DNA of 32,000 bases from Tannockella kyphosi (GTDB lineage Bacteria; Bacillota_I; Bacilli_A; Erysipelotrichales; Coprobacillaceae). The position numbers were made by a program, and so were the translations under genes. Shown here one piece after another: positions 1-9,649 of this stretch (positions are counted from its first letter, which is position 1; each line of letters opens with the position of its first letter). The notes under the pieces were generated by a model. It was not told where the DNA came from. It did not search any database and saw nothing but the letters and a program-made list of their open reading frames with translations. Where the stretch lies: the NCBI RefSeq assembly GCF_021054785.1, contig NZ_CP088239.1:1320001-1352000 (forward strand). Direction: 5' to 3'.

Positions 1-770
1 GTTTCTCTAGTTTATGTGTCCATGATACAGAATTATTAGAAGCCCCGACTAGTTGGAATATTTGGCGTGCACCTATCGATAATGATCGTAAAATACAAAA
101 AGAATGGCGTGAGGCTGGTTTTGATCGCACAATATTAAAACATTATCAAACAAGCATCAATAAAGAAGATCAATGCATTGTAATTTCTACAACTTTTGGT
201 TTTACTGCTTTATATTTGCAACGTATTTTAACTGTTGATGTTAAATGGACTATCTGGTCTAATGGGAAAATAGATTGTCACACTGATGCATCGAAAGCAC
301 CTTTATTTCCATCATTACCTAGATTTGGAATATGTTTCCCTTTAATAGAACAGTTCTCTCAATTTGAATATTTTGGATATGGACCTTATGAAAGTTATCA
401 AGATAAACATCATGCTAGCTATCTAGGAAAATTCTTTTCTACGACAAAAGATAATTTTGAAAATTATATCAAACCTCAAGAAAATGGTAGTCATTTCCAA
501 ACAACAAACGCTATCATAAAAGGAAACACAAACAAAATAGAAATAAATTGTATGGATACATGCTTATTGAATATGTCACCATATTCAATAGAACAACTAT
601 CATCCATCACCCATAACCATGAATTACCTTCTTCATCAACAAATTATTTACACTTAGATTATCGTCAAAATGGTATTGGATCTAATAGTTGTGGCCCTTT
701 CTTAGCTCCAGAACTAAGCTTTGAAGAACGTTCTTTTCATTGGGGATTCAGTTTACATATTAACGACTAA
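1..770 (+). CDS. lacZ: GH2 beta-galactosidase, C-terminal portion (5' end outside window)
   Basis: Frame 3 is open from nt 3 into the listed ORF 216..770. The upstream part translates to ...TSWNIWRAPIDNDRKIQKEWREAGFDR.... The ORF contains KPQENGSH and LDYRQNGIGSNSCGP, conserved motifs of the LacZ C-terminal (small-chain) region. The TTG start at 216 is an ORF-caller artefact. Confidence 0.85.
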   Translation, partial: FSSLCVHDTELLEAPTSWNIWRAPIDNDRKIQKEWREAGFDRTILKHYQTSINKEDQCIVISTTFGFTALYLQRILTVDVKWTIWSNGKIDCHTDASKAPLFPSLPRFGICFPLIEQFSQFEYFGYGPYESYQDKHHASYLGKFFSTTKDNFENYIKPQENGSHFQTTNAIIKGNTNKIEINCMDTCLLNMSPYSIEQLSSITHNHELPSSSTNYLHLDYRQNGIGSNSCGPFLAPELSFEERSFHWGFSLHIND

Positions 771-783
771 AATAGATATCAAT

Positions 784-808
784 AAAAGACAGCCAAAAGC
801 TGTCTTTT
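784..808. terminator. Bidirectional intrinsic terminator between convergent lacZ and ABC-F genes
   Basis: Perfect 10-bp stem AAAAGACAGC / GCTGTCTTTT with loop CAAAA. A/T runs lie on both sides, and the hairpin sits between two convergent stop codons. Confidence 0.75.
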
Positions 809-866
809 ATGTTACTCTAAATTATCTTATATTCATAATTCTCGAACAATCGATGACTTATCTTCA

Positions 867-2420
867 TTATATAATTTTAGTAGAACATTCTTCTAAATTA
901 ATAACTTCATCTACGATTGGTAAATAGAATTCAGGTTCATGACTAACTAAAATAATAGCTCCTTTAAACGCTAATAAAGCTTCTTGCAATGCATCTTTTG
1001 CATCTACATCTAAGTGGTTAGTAGGTTCATCTAATACTAATACATTACTAGCACGATTCATAATCACACATAGTCTAGCTTTTGCATTTTCACCACCAGA
1101 TAATACTTTTACTAGTGATTCAATATGGTCTGTTGTTAACCCACATTTAGCAAGCATACTACGGATTTCTCCATTACCACGATCAGGATATTCATCCCAT
1201 AAATAATTGAATGTAGTTTTGTTAATATCGCCTTCTTCTTGTTTAAAGAATCCTATTTCTACAAAAGGATCTTTTTCAACATGACCACTATATGGTTCTA
1301 ACATCCCAATAATTGTTTTTAGTAATGTTGTTTTTCCTAAACCATTGACACCCTTTATTGCTACCTTTTTATTTCTTTCAAATTCTAAATTCATTGGTTT
1401 GGTTAAAGGTGAATCGTATCCTATCACTAAATCACTACATTGAAATAATACTTTTCCTGGTGTTCTAGCTTCTAAGAAATGAAAAGTTGGTTTGATTTTT
1501 TCTTTTGGTTTAGATAATAAATCCATCTTATCTAATTTCTTTTGACGAGAACTAGCCATATTACGAGTAGCAACTCTAGCCTTGTTTCTAGAAATAAAAT
1601 CTTCTAAATCTGCTATTTCTTTTTGTTGTTTATTATAAGCTGCTTCTTGTTGTTTGTTTTTTAGTTCTGTTTGTTCTAAATAATAATGATAGTCCCCTTT
1701 ATATCTTGTTAATCCACCATCAGATAAAGAATAAATAATATTAATAACACTATTTAAAAAAGGAATATCATGACTTACTAAAATAAAAGCATTTTCATAA
1801 TTTTTTAAGAAATTAGTTAACCAATAAATATGTTGTTCATCTAAATAGTTAGTAGGTTCATCTAATATTAAAATCATTGGATTTTCTAATAAAAGCTTTG
1901 TTAGTAATACTTTTGAACGTTGTCCACCAGATAACTCATCAACCAATTTATCCAATCCAATATCATTTAAACCTAATCCACCAGCAACTTCTTTAATCTT
2001 AATATCAATTGTATAAAAACCACCATGATCTAAAATCTCTTGAATTTCACCTACTTCATCCATTAAACGTGTCATTGTGATATCATCACAATCACACATT
2101 TGTTCATACATTTGAAGCATTTCTGTTTCTAAATCAAAATAATATTTAAAAGCATCTTGTAAAACTTCCATAATTGTTTTCCCTGGTTTTAAAGCAGTAT
2201 GTTGATCTAAATAACCGGTAGTAATTCTTTTACACCATTCTATTTTTCCTTCATCCGGTTCTATTTTTCCAGTAATGATATTTAAGAAAGTAGACTTTCC
2301 TTCCCCATTTGCTCCAACCAAACCAATATGTTCCCCATTTAACAAACGAAAACTTGCATCTTGTAAAATGGTACGACCACCAAAATCATGGCTGACATTT
2401 TGAACTGTTAGTATACTCAT
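867..2420 (-). CDS. ABC-F family ATPase (soluble, two ABC cassettes, translation-factor type)
   Basis: Walker A motifs GANGEGKST and GVNGLGKTT. Signature motifs LSGGQRSK and LSGGENAK. Walker B motifs ILILDEPTN and VLVLDEPTN. There is a K/Q/E-rich inter-cassette linker and no TM segments. The start lies 3 nt after the helicase stop. Confidence 0.9.
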   Translation of the reverse strand: MSILTVQNVSHDFGGRTILQDASFRLLNGEHIGLVGANGEGKSTFLNIITGKIEPDEGKIEWCKRITTGYLDQHTALKPGKTIMEVLQDAFKYYFDLETEMLQMYEQMCDCDDITMTRLMDEVGEIQEILDHGGFYTIDIKIKEVAGGLGLNDIGLDKLVDELSGGQRSKVLLTKLLLENPMILILDEPTNYLDEQHIYWLTNFLKNYENAFILVSHDIPFLNSVINIIYSLSDGGLTRYKGDYHYYLEQTELKNKQQEAAYNKQQKEIADLEDFISRNKARVATRNMASSRQKKLDKMDLLSKPKEKIKPTFHFLEARTPGKVLFQCSDLVIGYDSPLTKPMNLEFERNKKVAIKGVNGLGKTTLLKTIIGMLEPYSGHVEKDPFVEIGFFKQEEGDINKTTFNYLWDEYPDRGNGEIRSMLAKCGLTTDHIESLVKVLSGGENAKARLCVIMNRASNVLVLDEPTNHLDVDAKDALQEALLAFKGAIILVSHEPEFYLPIVDEVINLEECSTKII

Positions 2421-2423
2421 AGT

Positions 2424-3641
2424 TTATTTTCCTTTCTTTTTATTTCGATAATTCCCTTGTTTTTTCTTGTTAGTACTTCTATTTCTAGGTCTTGAATGGC
2501 TACTAGATGTAGCACTACGATCCATTAATGGATAAGCATGATTATCAATAACTGGTATTGTTTGTTTCATAAGCTTTTCAATATCTTTAACATATTCTAT
2601 TTCATCAAATTGACAAAAAGAAATAGCTTTTCCTGACATCCCTGCTCTTCCACTACGTCCGATTCGATGTACATAGGTACTTGAAATATTTGGTATTTCA
2701 TAATTGAAAACATATTCTAGTTCTTGAATATCAATTCCTCGAGCCATTACATCACTAGCTACTAATACTTGTATTTTTGATTCTTTGAAAGATTTTAAGA
2801 TTCTAATTCTAGCATTTTGACTTTTGTCACCATGAATACAATCACTACTAATACCATTTTGAACTAAGAATTTACTTAATCTAGAAGCGTTTGATTTTGT
2901 TCTAGTAAATACTAATGCATTAAATACATTTTCAGTTGCTAATATGTCTAATAATAGATTCTTTTTATTTGCTTTATCAACATAGTATAATCTTTGATCT
3001 ATTTTCTCTACTACTAATGATTTAGGACTAACATCCACATATTCTGGTTGATATAAGAATTGTGATACAATGCTTTTTATTTCTGAAGACATCGTAGCAC
3101 TAAATAATAATGTTTGTCTTTTTTTAGGAACAAAAGATAATATCTTTTTAATATCATGGATAAATCCCATATCTAACATTTGATCTGCTTCATCTAATAC
3201 TAAATATTCTACTTTTGATAAATCAATAAGACGTTGTCTCATTAAATCAATTAATCTACCAGGTGTAGCAATAACAATTTGAGCTCCTTTTTCTAATTCT
3301 TTTACTTGTTTGTTTTGATTCATTCCTCCACATATAATAGTATTTCTAATAGCTAGATTTCTACTATATATCGTTAAGTTTTCTTGTATTTGAAAAGCTA
3401 ACTCTCTTGTTGGAGCAATGATTAGTGCTTGTACTTCTCTTTGTTTTTCATTTAACATTTGTAACATTGGTAATCCAAAGGCTGCTGTTTTACCAGTACC
3501 TGTTTTAGCAAGCCCTACTAGGTCTTTTTTTTCTAAAATAAGTGGGATTGAAGCCACTTGAATAGGAGTTGCTTCTTGATATCCTAATTTGTCTAATTGT
3601 TTTGTAATTGGTTCTATTATGTTTAATTGTTTAAAGTTCAT
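2424..3641 (-). CDS. DEAD-box ATP-dependent RNA helicase
   Basis: Motifs AKTGTGKT, PTRELA, VLDEADQMLD, SAT and HRIGRSGRAG are present, plus a basic K/R/N-rich C-terminal tail. Confidence 0.95.
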   Translation of the reverse strand: MNFKQLNIIEPITKQLDKLGYQEATPIQVASIPLILEKKDLVGLAKTGTGKTAAFGLPMLQMLNEKQREVQALIIAPTRELAFQIQENLTIYSRNLAIRNTIICGGMNQNKQVKELEKGAQIVIATPGRLIDLMRQRLIDLSKVEYLVLDEADQMLDMGFIHDIKKILSFVPKKRQTLLFSATMSSEIKSIVSQFLYQPEYVDVSPKSLVVEKIDQRLYYVDKANKKNLLLDILATENVFNALVFTRTKSNASRLSKFLVQNGISSDCIHGDKSQNARIRILKSFKESKIQVLVASDVMARGIDIQELEYVFNYEIPNISSTYVHRIGRSGRAGMSGKAISFCQFDEIEYVKDIEKLMKQTIPVIDNHAYPLMDRSATSSSHSRPRNRSTNKKKQGNYRNKKKGK

Positions 3642-3661
3642 TTTTTCTTCCTTTTCTCAGT

Positions 3662-3688
3662 AAAAAAAACTTGTTTCTACAAGTTTTT
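3662..3688 (-). terminator. Intrinsic terminator after the HAD phosphatase gene
   Basis: The minus strand reads AAAACTTGT-agaa-ACAAGTTTT followed by TTTT. This is a 9-bp perfect stem. Confidence 0.75.
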
Positions 3689-3724
3689 CTAATAATATCA
3701 CGTTTTAAAGAGGTTGTATATAGC

Positions 3725-4516
3725 CTATACATTATTTAAGATTTCTTCTATCTTTTTAATAACCGCTTGACTATCATTATCACCTATTATTTCATAAGCA
3801 ACTTCTTTAATTGGATCTACTGCATTATCCATTGCATAACTATATTTTACTTGTTGTAATAATTCTAAATCATTCATTTGATCTCCAAATGCAGCACATT
3901 CTTCAGGTAAGATACCTAAATCATCTTGTAATTTTTTTAATGCTATTCCTTTATGAATACTTTTGTCTGTGAAATCTATCCATTCATGTCCTGTTGTAAT
4001 GGCACGAACATCTTTTGGTATAGAAGGTAATATTGTTTCTAATAAGGCTGTTGATTGATGATTATCATCATATAATGATATTTTAAATATTTCATCATCT
4101 AAATCATCATAGTTTTCAACAAAATAATAACGTGCATAATATTTTACAATAATATCTTCTCGATTACGATGCTTATTTAAAATATGTGTTCCTTTTCTAC
4201 CACTCAAAATAAAGAAACAATCTTCTAAAGGTAATAACATATCTAATAGTTTGTTAAGATCCTCAGGTGCTATCAATGTACTATATAAAGGGGTTGATCC
4301 TTTTAAAGTATAACTCCCATTTTCTGCAATATAGTAAATATCTTCTTTGATTGATTCAAATCTTTGAAATAAACGATGACATTGATTTCCACTTGCCACA
4401 ACAAAATGAATATTCTTTTCTTTCATTTTTTTAAATAGTTCAAGGAATTTAGGATCATAATTTTTATTAGAATCTAAAAATGTTCCATCCATATCAGTTG
4501 CTATTAATTTAATCAT
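3725..4516 (-). CDS. Cof-type HAD-IIB family phosphatase
   Basis: N-terminal IATDMDGTFL (DxDGT motif I) and C-terminal GDQMNDLELL (motif IV). The length of 263 aa is typical. The start overlaps the malQ stop as ATGA. Confidence 0.85.
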   Translation of the reverse strand: MIKLIATDMDGTFLDSNKNYDPKFLELFKKMKEKNIHFVVASGNQCHRLFQRFESIKEDIYYIAENGSYTLKGSTPLYSTLIAPEDLNKLLDMLLPLEDCFFILSGRKGTHILNKHRNREDIIVKYYARYYFVENYDDLDDEIFKISLYDDNHQSTALLETILPSIPKDVRAITTGHEWIDFTDKSIHKGIALKKLQDDLGILPEECAAFGDQMNDLELLQQVKYSYAMDNAVDPIKEVAYEIIGDNDSQAVIKKIEEILNNV

Positions 4517-5955
4517 AGTATCTCCTCTAATAATGTTTTTAAATGTATTTCAAAGCTATTTAATTCTTTTAACTTCCATTGCCAATTAGGAGCCCCTACT
4601 GTTCCTGGAGTATTTAATCTAGTTTCTTGGTTTAAACATAATACATCTTGTAATGGGAAAATAACGGTATCTTGAAGCGAATGTAATAAGCTATTCATTA
4701 TCTTATCATAGATAGTTTTACCATTATAATCTTTGTATTGTTTTTCTAAGTTCTTTCTTTGTTTTTCAGTACATTCTTCTAAGAATCCTAATAGTGTATT
4801 ATTATCATGTGTTCCTGAATAAACATAAACATTTCTTTTTTCTTCTTTTCTTATTTCTTCACTATCTAAATCTAATACAAACTGAATAATTTCCATCCCA
4901 GGCAAATGATAATGATCTCTTAAATCCAATACTTCTTGACGTAATAAACCTAAATCTTCTGCCACAATAGATATAGTAGGTAATTGTTCTTTAATCGTAT
5001 CAAACAAAGCATATCCTGGTGCCTCATGCCAACTACCTAGAATAGCAGTAGGACTAGATGCTGGTATTTTCCAATACGTATCAAACCCTCTAAAATGATC
5101 AATACGAATTTGATCAAATAGTTTACTAGACCAAGCTAATCTTTCAATCCAAAATTGAAAATTATTTTCTTCTAAATAATCCCAATCATACAAAGGATTT
5201 CCCCAACGTTGTCCAGTTGCACTAAAATAATCAGGTGGTACACCAGCAATGAAAGTTGGATAATGATGTTCATCTAATAAAAAAGTATTTTTATTAGCCC
5301 AAACATCCGCTGAATCAATACCAACATAAATAGGAATATCCCCTACTATTTGTATTCCTTTTGCATTAGCGTACTCTTTTAATGCAAACCATTGTTTATA
5401 AAACATATATTGAATGAATTTTTCATATTCTATTGTTTCTCGATGTTTTTCAATATCATATTCTTTTTTTTCAATCCACTCTTTGTGTTTTTTAGGCCAT
5501 TCTAACCAACATGATAAATAGTTATATTTTTTTAATGTAATAAAATTAGCGTATGTTTCTAACCAAGAAGTTTCTTTAACAAATTGGTTATAGTCATCTT
5601 GTAAATCCTCTCTTTGTAAAAAAGCGATATATGCTCTTTTCAACATTCTTTGTTTTATGTTTCGCACTGCTTCATAATCAACATGATCGGTTGTTATTTT
5701 TCTAGGTAATGAATTTATCAATCCCATTTCATACAATCCTTGACCAGATATATATACTTCATCTCCAGCATAACTAGAATAAGGTTGATATGGTGAATTG
5801 CCATAACCAACTGGATTCATGGGAAGTATTTGCCAAATAGATACCTTATTTTTAGCTAATACATCTACAAATTCATATGCTTCTTTTCCAAAGTCACCAA
5901 TCCCTTGTCTTCCTACCAAAGAGAAAACTGGTGCTAATATTCCTAAGTTTTTCAT
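4513..5955 (-). CDS. malQ: 4-alpha-glucanotransferase (amylomaltase, GH77)
   Basis: Motifs GIGDFG, PMNPVGYGNSPYQPYSSYAG, RIDHFRGF, VAEDLG and YSGTHDN are present in the canonical GH77 order. Confidence 0.92.
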   Translation of the reverse strand: MKNLGILAPVFSLVGRQGIGDFGKEAYEFVDVLAKNKVSIWQILPMNPVGYGNSPYQPYSSYAGDEVYISGQGLYEMGLINSLPRKITTDHVDYEAVRNIKQRMLKRAYIAFLQREDLQDDYNQFVKETSWLETYANFITLKKYNYLSCWLEWPKKHKEWIEKKEYDIEKHRETIEYEKFIQYMFYKQWFALKEYANAKGIQIVGDIPIYVGIDSADVWANKNTFLLDEHHYPTFIAGVPPDYFSATGQRWGNPLYDWDYLEENNFQFWIERLAWSSKLFDQIRIDHFRGFDTYWKIPASSPTAILGSWHEAPGYALFDTIKEQLPTISIVAEDLGLLRQEVLDLRDHYHLPGMEIIQFVLDLDSEEIRKEEKRNVYVYSGTHDNNTLLGFLEECTEKQRKNLEKQYKDYNGKTIYDKIMNSLLHSLQDTVIFPLQDVLCLNQETRLNTPGTVGAPNWQWKLKELNSFEIHLKTLLEEIL

Positions 5956-6021
5956 TGCTACACTCCTCTTTGTCTATATTGTATCATTTTATTGTATGTC
6001 ATCAAACAAAAAAATGTTTCA

Positions 6022-6050
6022 CTATAAAAACAAGCTTATTCAGCTTGTTT
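6022..6050 (-). terminator. Intrinsic terminator overlapping the 3' end of the permease gene
   Basis: The minus strand reads AAACAAGCT-gaata-AGCTTGTTT followed by TTATAG. The 9-bp perfect stem includes the last codons and the stop. Confidence 0.6.
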
Positions 6051-7388
6051 ATTACAATATAGATAAGCAGTTACTAATACTGCTAAAGAAACACCCATAA
6101 ATACTAATACTTTAATATTTAAAGATAATCCATCTTCTCCAAATACAATCAATGAACCTGCAAAAATAATAAGCGATCCAATTGTTGCAAGAACAGGATT
6201 AATAACTCCTGTTTTAAAGCTTGTAATTTCTTTTTTACGATATAAACCAATAACTCCTAAGTATAATAAAATATAACATACATAGTTCATAACAATTGCT
6301 ATTTCAGAGATATCAGATCCACCCATTAAAGCATAGTTCATTACTAAATAATGAACTATATACCATCCTACAGCTAATCCAAATGATAAAAGTGCACTGT
6401 TAACAGGAATATCATATGTTTCATTTACTTCTTTTAATTTATTTGATCCTGGTAACATATTACGAAGAGCTAATCCGTAAGGTAAACGAATGGCTCCTAA
6501 GATTAATCCATTAACTGTTCCTAATACAGAAATAACAATAAACACTAACATAATTTTAGCACCATTGGCACCAAACAACATATTACATGCAACATCTACA
6601 TGACTATCACCTAAAGCAATAACTTGATCTGCTCCTAGTAAAGCAGAAATCCCTACTAAGTATAATGAATAAATACATACAATAAATAATGGTGAAATAA
6701 TTAAAGCTATTGGAAGATTCTTTTTAGAATTTTTTATTTCATGTGACATAGAAGTCGCAATAATCCAACCATCAAAAGAGAAAGCAATTGGTACAATTGC
6801 TGCAATAAATCCCATACTACTAGTGGTTGCAATCACAGGTTCTAACGTAATGTTTGATGTTTCACCAAACATTAGTCCTAATACTGCTATTAAGAATAAA
6901 GGTATTAATTTAATAATAGTTGTTGCTACTTGGAAGTATCCACCCATTCTTTTTGAAATAATATTCATAATAAAAAAGAAAATAGTAAATGTAAAACCAA
7001 TAGAACATTGATGTAACAAAGTCCCTTCCATTCCAAATAACAAACAGAAATAAACTCCCGCTACCCATGATACAACTACGATTAAAGTTGGATAATAAAT
7101 AAACGTATGGAACCATCCTAAACTACCCGCTAGAGAAGTATTCCCCACTTCTTCCATATAAGTAACAATCCCTCCTGCTTTATCTGTACGTATTGCAATT
7201 TGAGCTATTGTTAAACTACCAAAAATAATACTAATTCCGGCAATAACAAATACAAGTATTCCTAAAGCAACACTTCCATTTGTATAATTTAATACGTCAT
7301 CTGATTTAAAAAATATTCCTGATCCTATTACTATCCCTATTATCATAGAAATAGCCGTAAGAATATTATATTCACTCTGTTTTTTCAT
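6036..7388 (-). CDS. APC-superfamily amino acid permease
   Basis: Polytopic protein with about 12 hydrophobic segments and the length and composition typical of AA_permease_2 proteins. I prefer the ATG at 7388 (MKKQSEY...), which is preceded by GGAGGG, over the listed start at 7412. The substrate cannot be assigned. Confidence 0.8.
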   Translation of the reverse strand: MKKQSEYNILTAISMIIGIVIGSGIFFKSDDVLNYTNGSVALGILVFVIAGISIIFGSLTIAQIAIRTDKAGGIVTYMEEVGNTSLAGSLGWFHTFIYYPTLIVVVSWVAGVYFCLLFGMEGTLLHQCSIGFTFTIFFFIMNIISKRMGGYFQVATTIIKLIPLFLIAVLGLMFGETSNITLEPVIATTSSMGFIAAIVPIAFSFDGWIIATSMSHEIKNSKKNLPIALIISPLFIVCIYSLYLVGISALLGADQVIALGDSHVDVACNMLFGANGAKIMLVFIVISVLGTVNGLILGAIRLPYGLALRNMLPGSNKLKEVNETYDIPVNSALLSFGLAVGWYIVHYLVMNYALMGGSDISEIAIVMNYVCYILLYLGVIGLYRKKEITSFKTGVINPVLATIGSLIIFAGSLIVFGEDGLSLNIKVLVFMGVSLAVLVTAYLYCNKQAE

Positions 7389-7465
7389 AAACCCTCCACT
7401 ACTTTTCAGCAACTTAAATTATAACAAATGAAAAGTGTATGCACAACTAATTTTCTATTCTATCA

Positions 7466-7494
7466 TCAAAAAGAGTGGCTTATTGCCACTCTTT
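7466..7494 (-). terminator. Intrinsic terminator overlapping the 3' end of the ArsC-family gene
   Basis: The minus strand reads AAAGAGTGGC-aataa-GCCACTCTTT followed by TTGATG. This is a 10-bp perfect stem. Confidence 0.7.
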
Positions 7495-7821
7495 CCATAC
7501 ATCTGGTTGATATCCAATGGTTGCTTGTTTCCCATTTCTTACAATTGGTGTTTTTAATACTTGTTGATTTTCTAATAATTTATATTCTTTATCAGTTTTA
7601 GGCATATATTGAATTAATAAATAAGTATCTTGATCAGCACATTTTTCATTTATCATGACATCAATGCCTCCAACTGCTTGTTTTACACTTTGGAATTCAC
7701 CTTTACTTAATTCTTTTTCTAATAGATTAATAAATTGGAATTTAATTCTTCTTTCTTTAAAATATCTTTGTGCCTTTTTTGTTTCATTACATTTTTTTGT
7801 TCCAAATATTTGTATATTCAC
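7480..7821 (-). CDS. ArsC/Spx-superfamily small thioredoxin-fold protein (YffB-like)
   Basis: The N-terminus MNIQIFGTKKCNETKKAQRYFKERRIKFQF matches the ArsC-family pattern (I-Y/F-G-x-x-x-C-x-x-x-R/K-KA). It has a single Cys and no CxxC, so it is not Spx. Confidence 0.7.
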   Translation of the reverse strand: MNIQIFGTKKCNETKKAQRYFKERRIKFQFINLLEKELSKGEFQSVKQAVGGIDVMINEKCADQDTYLLIQYMPKTDKEYKLLENQQVLKTPIVRNGKQATIGYQPDVWKEWQ

Positions 7822-7824
7822 TAG

Positions 7825-8208
7825 TTATCTCCTTTTTAATAATTCAATAATTTCAATGTCTGCTTCTAACCAAGGAACTGTATCATATTGTTGTTTTGAT
7901 AACCATTTTGCATCTAAATGTTCTAATAATTGAATATTTCCTTGAACAATCTTACTAAAAAAACAATCCATTTTTAAATGAAAAGCTGGATAATCATATT
8001 CTACACAAATAAGATGTTCTCCTACTTCAATGACCACATTTAACTCTTCTTGTATTTCACGTACTAATGCTTCTTCCTTACTTTCATTTGCTTCTATTTT
8101 ACCACCAGGAAATTCATAAAATCCTTTATAATCCCCATAACCTCTTTGGGTTGCTAGAATCTTGCCATTGTTTTCAATAATTGCAGCTACTACCTGTATT
8201 TCTTTCAT
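7825..8208 (-). CDS. NUDIX hydrolase (MutT-like)
   Basis: Complete Nudix box GGKIEANESKEEALVREIQEELN. Length is 127 aa. Confidence 0.85.
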   Translation of the reverse strand: MKEIQVVAAIIENNGKILATQRGYGDYKGFYEFPGGKIEANESKEEALVREIQEELNVVIEVGEHLICVEYDYPAFHLKMDCFFSKIVQGNIQLLEHLDAKWLSKQQYDTVPWLEADIEIIELLKRR

Positions 8209-8250
8209 GATTCATTTCCTTTCAAGAAGCATTGTATCACACTAAGTAAA

Positions 8251-9174
8251 CTACGAACAGTATTTCAAAACCCATTCCATAAAATCATTGGATACTTCTT
8301 CTTTATTTATTTCATTTAATAACTCATGACGAGCATCTTGATATAATTTTAATTCTACATTTTTATGACCTGTTTGAATTAAATGATCATAAACTTCCCT
8401 TACTCCTTTTCCATTTTCACCAACCGGATCTTTATCACCTGCAACTAAAAAGACTGGGAACTCTACTGCAAAACTAGTATACCAACTATCTTCATTAACT
8501 GTTGTTAATAACTTAAAAAGATCACGATAAGCATGAATAGAAAATGAGAAGGTACAATAAGGATCACGAATATATTTTTGACATATTTGTTCATCTCTTG
8601 ATAACCATTCTACTCCTGTTTCTTTTTTAAATCCTTTATTATAAGCACCTAATGCCATATTATTAATTAATTTACTACTATTTCTACCACCTTTTACCAT
8701 TCCAAGTGCTTTACAAAGGATACAACCTATTCCACTTAAAGGATTCTTTCCAGCAGTACCACAAATAATACATCCTTGAATATCTTTTTCATATTTACTT
8801 AGATAACTTCTTGCAATAAATGAGCCCATTGAATGACCAAATAAGAAACATGGTATTCCAGGATATTTTTCTTTCATTATAGTTGTAAAAATATGAAGAT
8901 CTTCTACTACATATTGATCACCATCTTTAGGACTAAAATAACCAAAACTATTATTGTACTTCCCTGTATTCCCATGTCCTAAATGATCATGTCCACAAAA
9001 TATAATTCCTTTATTACAACAATCTAAAGCAAACTCTTCATACCTTTCTACATACTCACACATACCATGTGACAGTTGAATAATAGCGATTGGTGTTTGT
9101 TTTGGTTCATAGATATAATATTGTATTTTTTGACCAACACACGAGCTATCAAACAACCCCTCTTTTTTCTTCAT
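8251..9174 (-). CDS. Alpha/beta hydrolase (lysophospholipase/monoglyceride-lipase-like), paralog 1
   Basis: HGM oxyanion region (IIQLSHGM), nucleophile elbow GHSMGS, Asp region GDKDPV and His region ARHELLNE. Confidence 0.8.
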   Translation of the reverse strand: MKKKEGLFDSSCVGQKIQYYIYEPKQTPIAIIQLSHGMCEYVERYEEFALDCCNKGIIFCGHDHLGHGNTGKYNNSFGYFSPKDGDQYVVEDLHIFTTIMKEKYPGIPCFLFGHSMGSFIARSYLSKYEKDIQGCIICGTAGKNPLSGIGCILCKALGMVKGGRNSSKLINNMALGAYNKGFKKETGVEWLSRDEQICQKYIRDPYCTFSFSIHAYRDLFKLLTTVNEDSWYTSFAVEFPVFLVAGDKDPVGENGKGVREVYDHLIQTGHKNVELKLYQDARHELLNEINKEEVSNDFMEWVLKYCS

Positions 9175-9234
9175 GATAAAATCCCTCCTCTTTATCTATA
9201 TTTTATCACTTCCAAATAAGAAGTCTATTTATTT

Positions 9235-9262
9235 CACAAAAAAAATGGTTAGAAACCATTTT
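9235..9262 (-). terminator. Intrinsic terminator overlapping the 3' end of the 112-aa membrane protein gene
   Basis: AAAATGGTT / AACCATTTT, a 9-bp perfect stem with a 3-nt loop. A T-run follows on the minus strand (A-run 9237..9241 on plus). Confidence 0.65.
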
Positions 9263-9587
9263 CTTGTTCTCGTTGAATTCTTTTTTTCTCTGCAAATTTG
9301 ACTGCTTTTTTGGATGCAATATATGGACTAAAATAAGGAATTAAATATAGTAATTGTAACGCTAAATAAGTAGTACTTACTTCCCCAAATGTTAGTGCAT
9401 AAACAGAAAATAATGCATAAGACTTTATTAAGCAACTTATCATTGTAAATAACATTGCTGCTTGGATAACCACTCCTTTAAAACGTGGTATTGTTTGACA
9501 AACCAAATATTGAACATAGCCAAAAACACCAGCTAATAATAAATACTTAACGAATGTTGTTCCATAAACTGTAAAGTTAAATTCCAT
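9249..9587 (-). CDS. Small integral membrane protein, unknown function
   Basis: 112 aa with about 3 hydrophobic helices and a basic C-terminal tail. SD AAGGGGGAA lies 5 nt upstream of the ATG. Confidence 0.55.
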   Translation of the reverse strand: MEFNFTVYGTTFVKYLLLAGVFGYVQYLVCQTIPRFKGVVIQAAMLFTMISCLIKSYALFSVYALTFGEVSTTYLALQLLYLIPYFSPYIASKKAVKFAEKKRIQREQENGF

Positions 9588-9649
9588 TGTAATTCCCCCT
9601 TTTTATTAGTTACATCATATCACAAATTAAAATGTCTAGCCAATACTTG

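Noticed and set aside
867-2420. Possibility that the ABC-F protein is an antibiotic-resistance (ARE) ABC-F.
   Set aside because: The inter-cassette linker does not look extended, and there is no leader-peptide or attenuator region upstream because the gene is coupled to the helicase. Subfamily assignment needs phylogeny, so no resistance call is made.
7480-7821. ArsC-family protein as an arsenate reductase or arsenic-resistance gene.
   Set aside because: No arsR/arsB/acr3 context is present. The protein has a single N-terminal Cys and resembles the YffB-like subgroup of unknown function.
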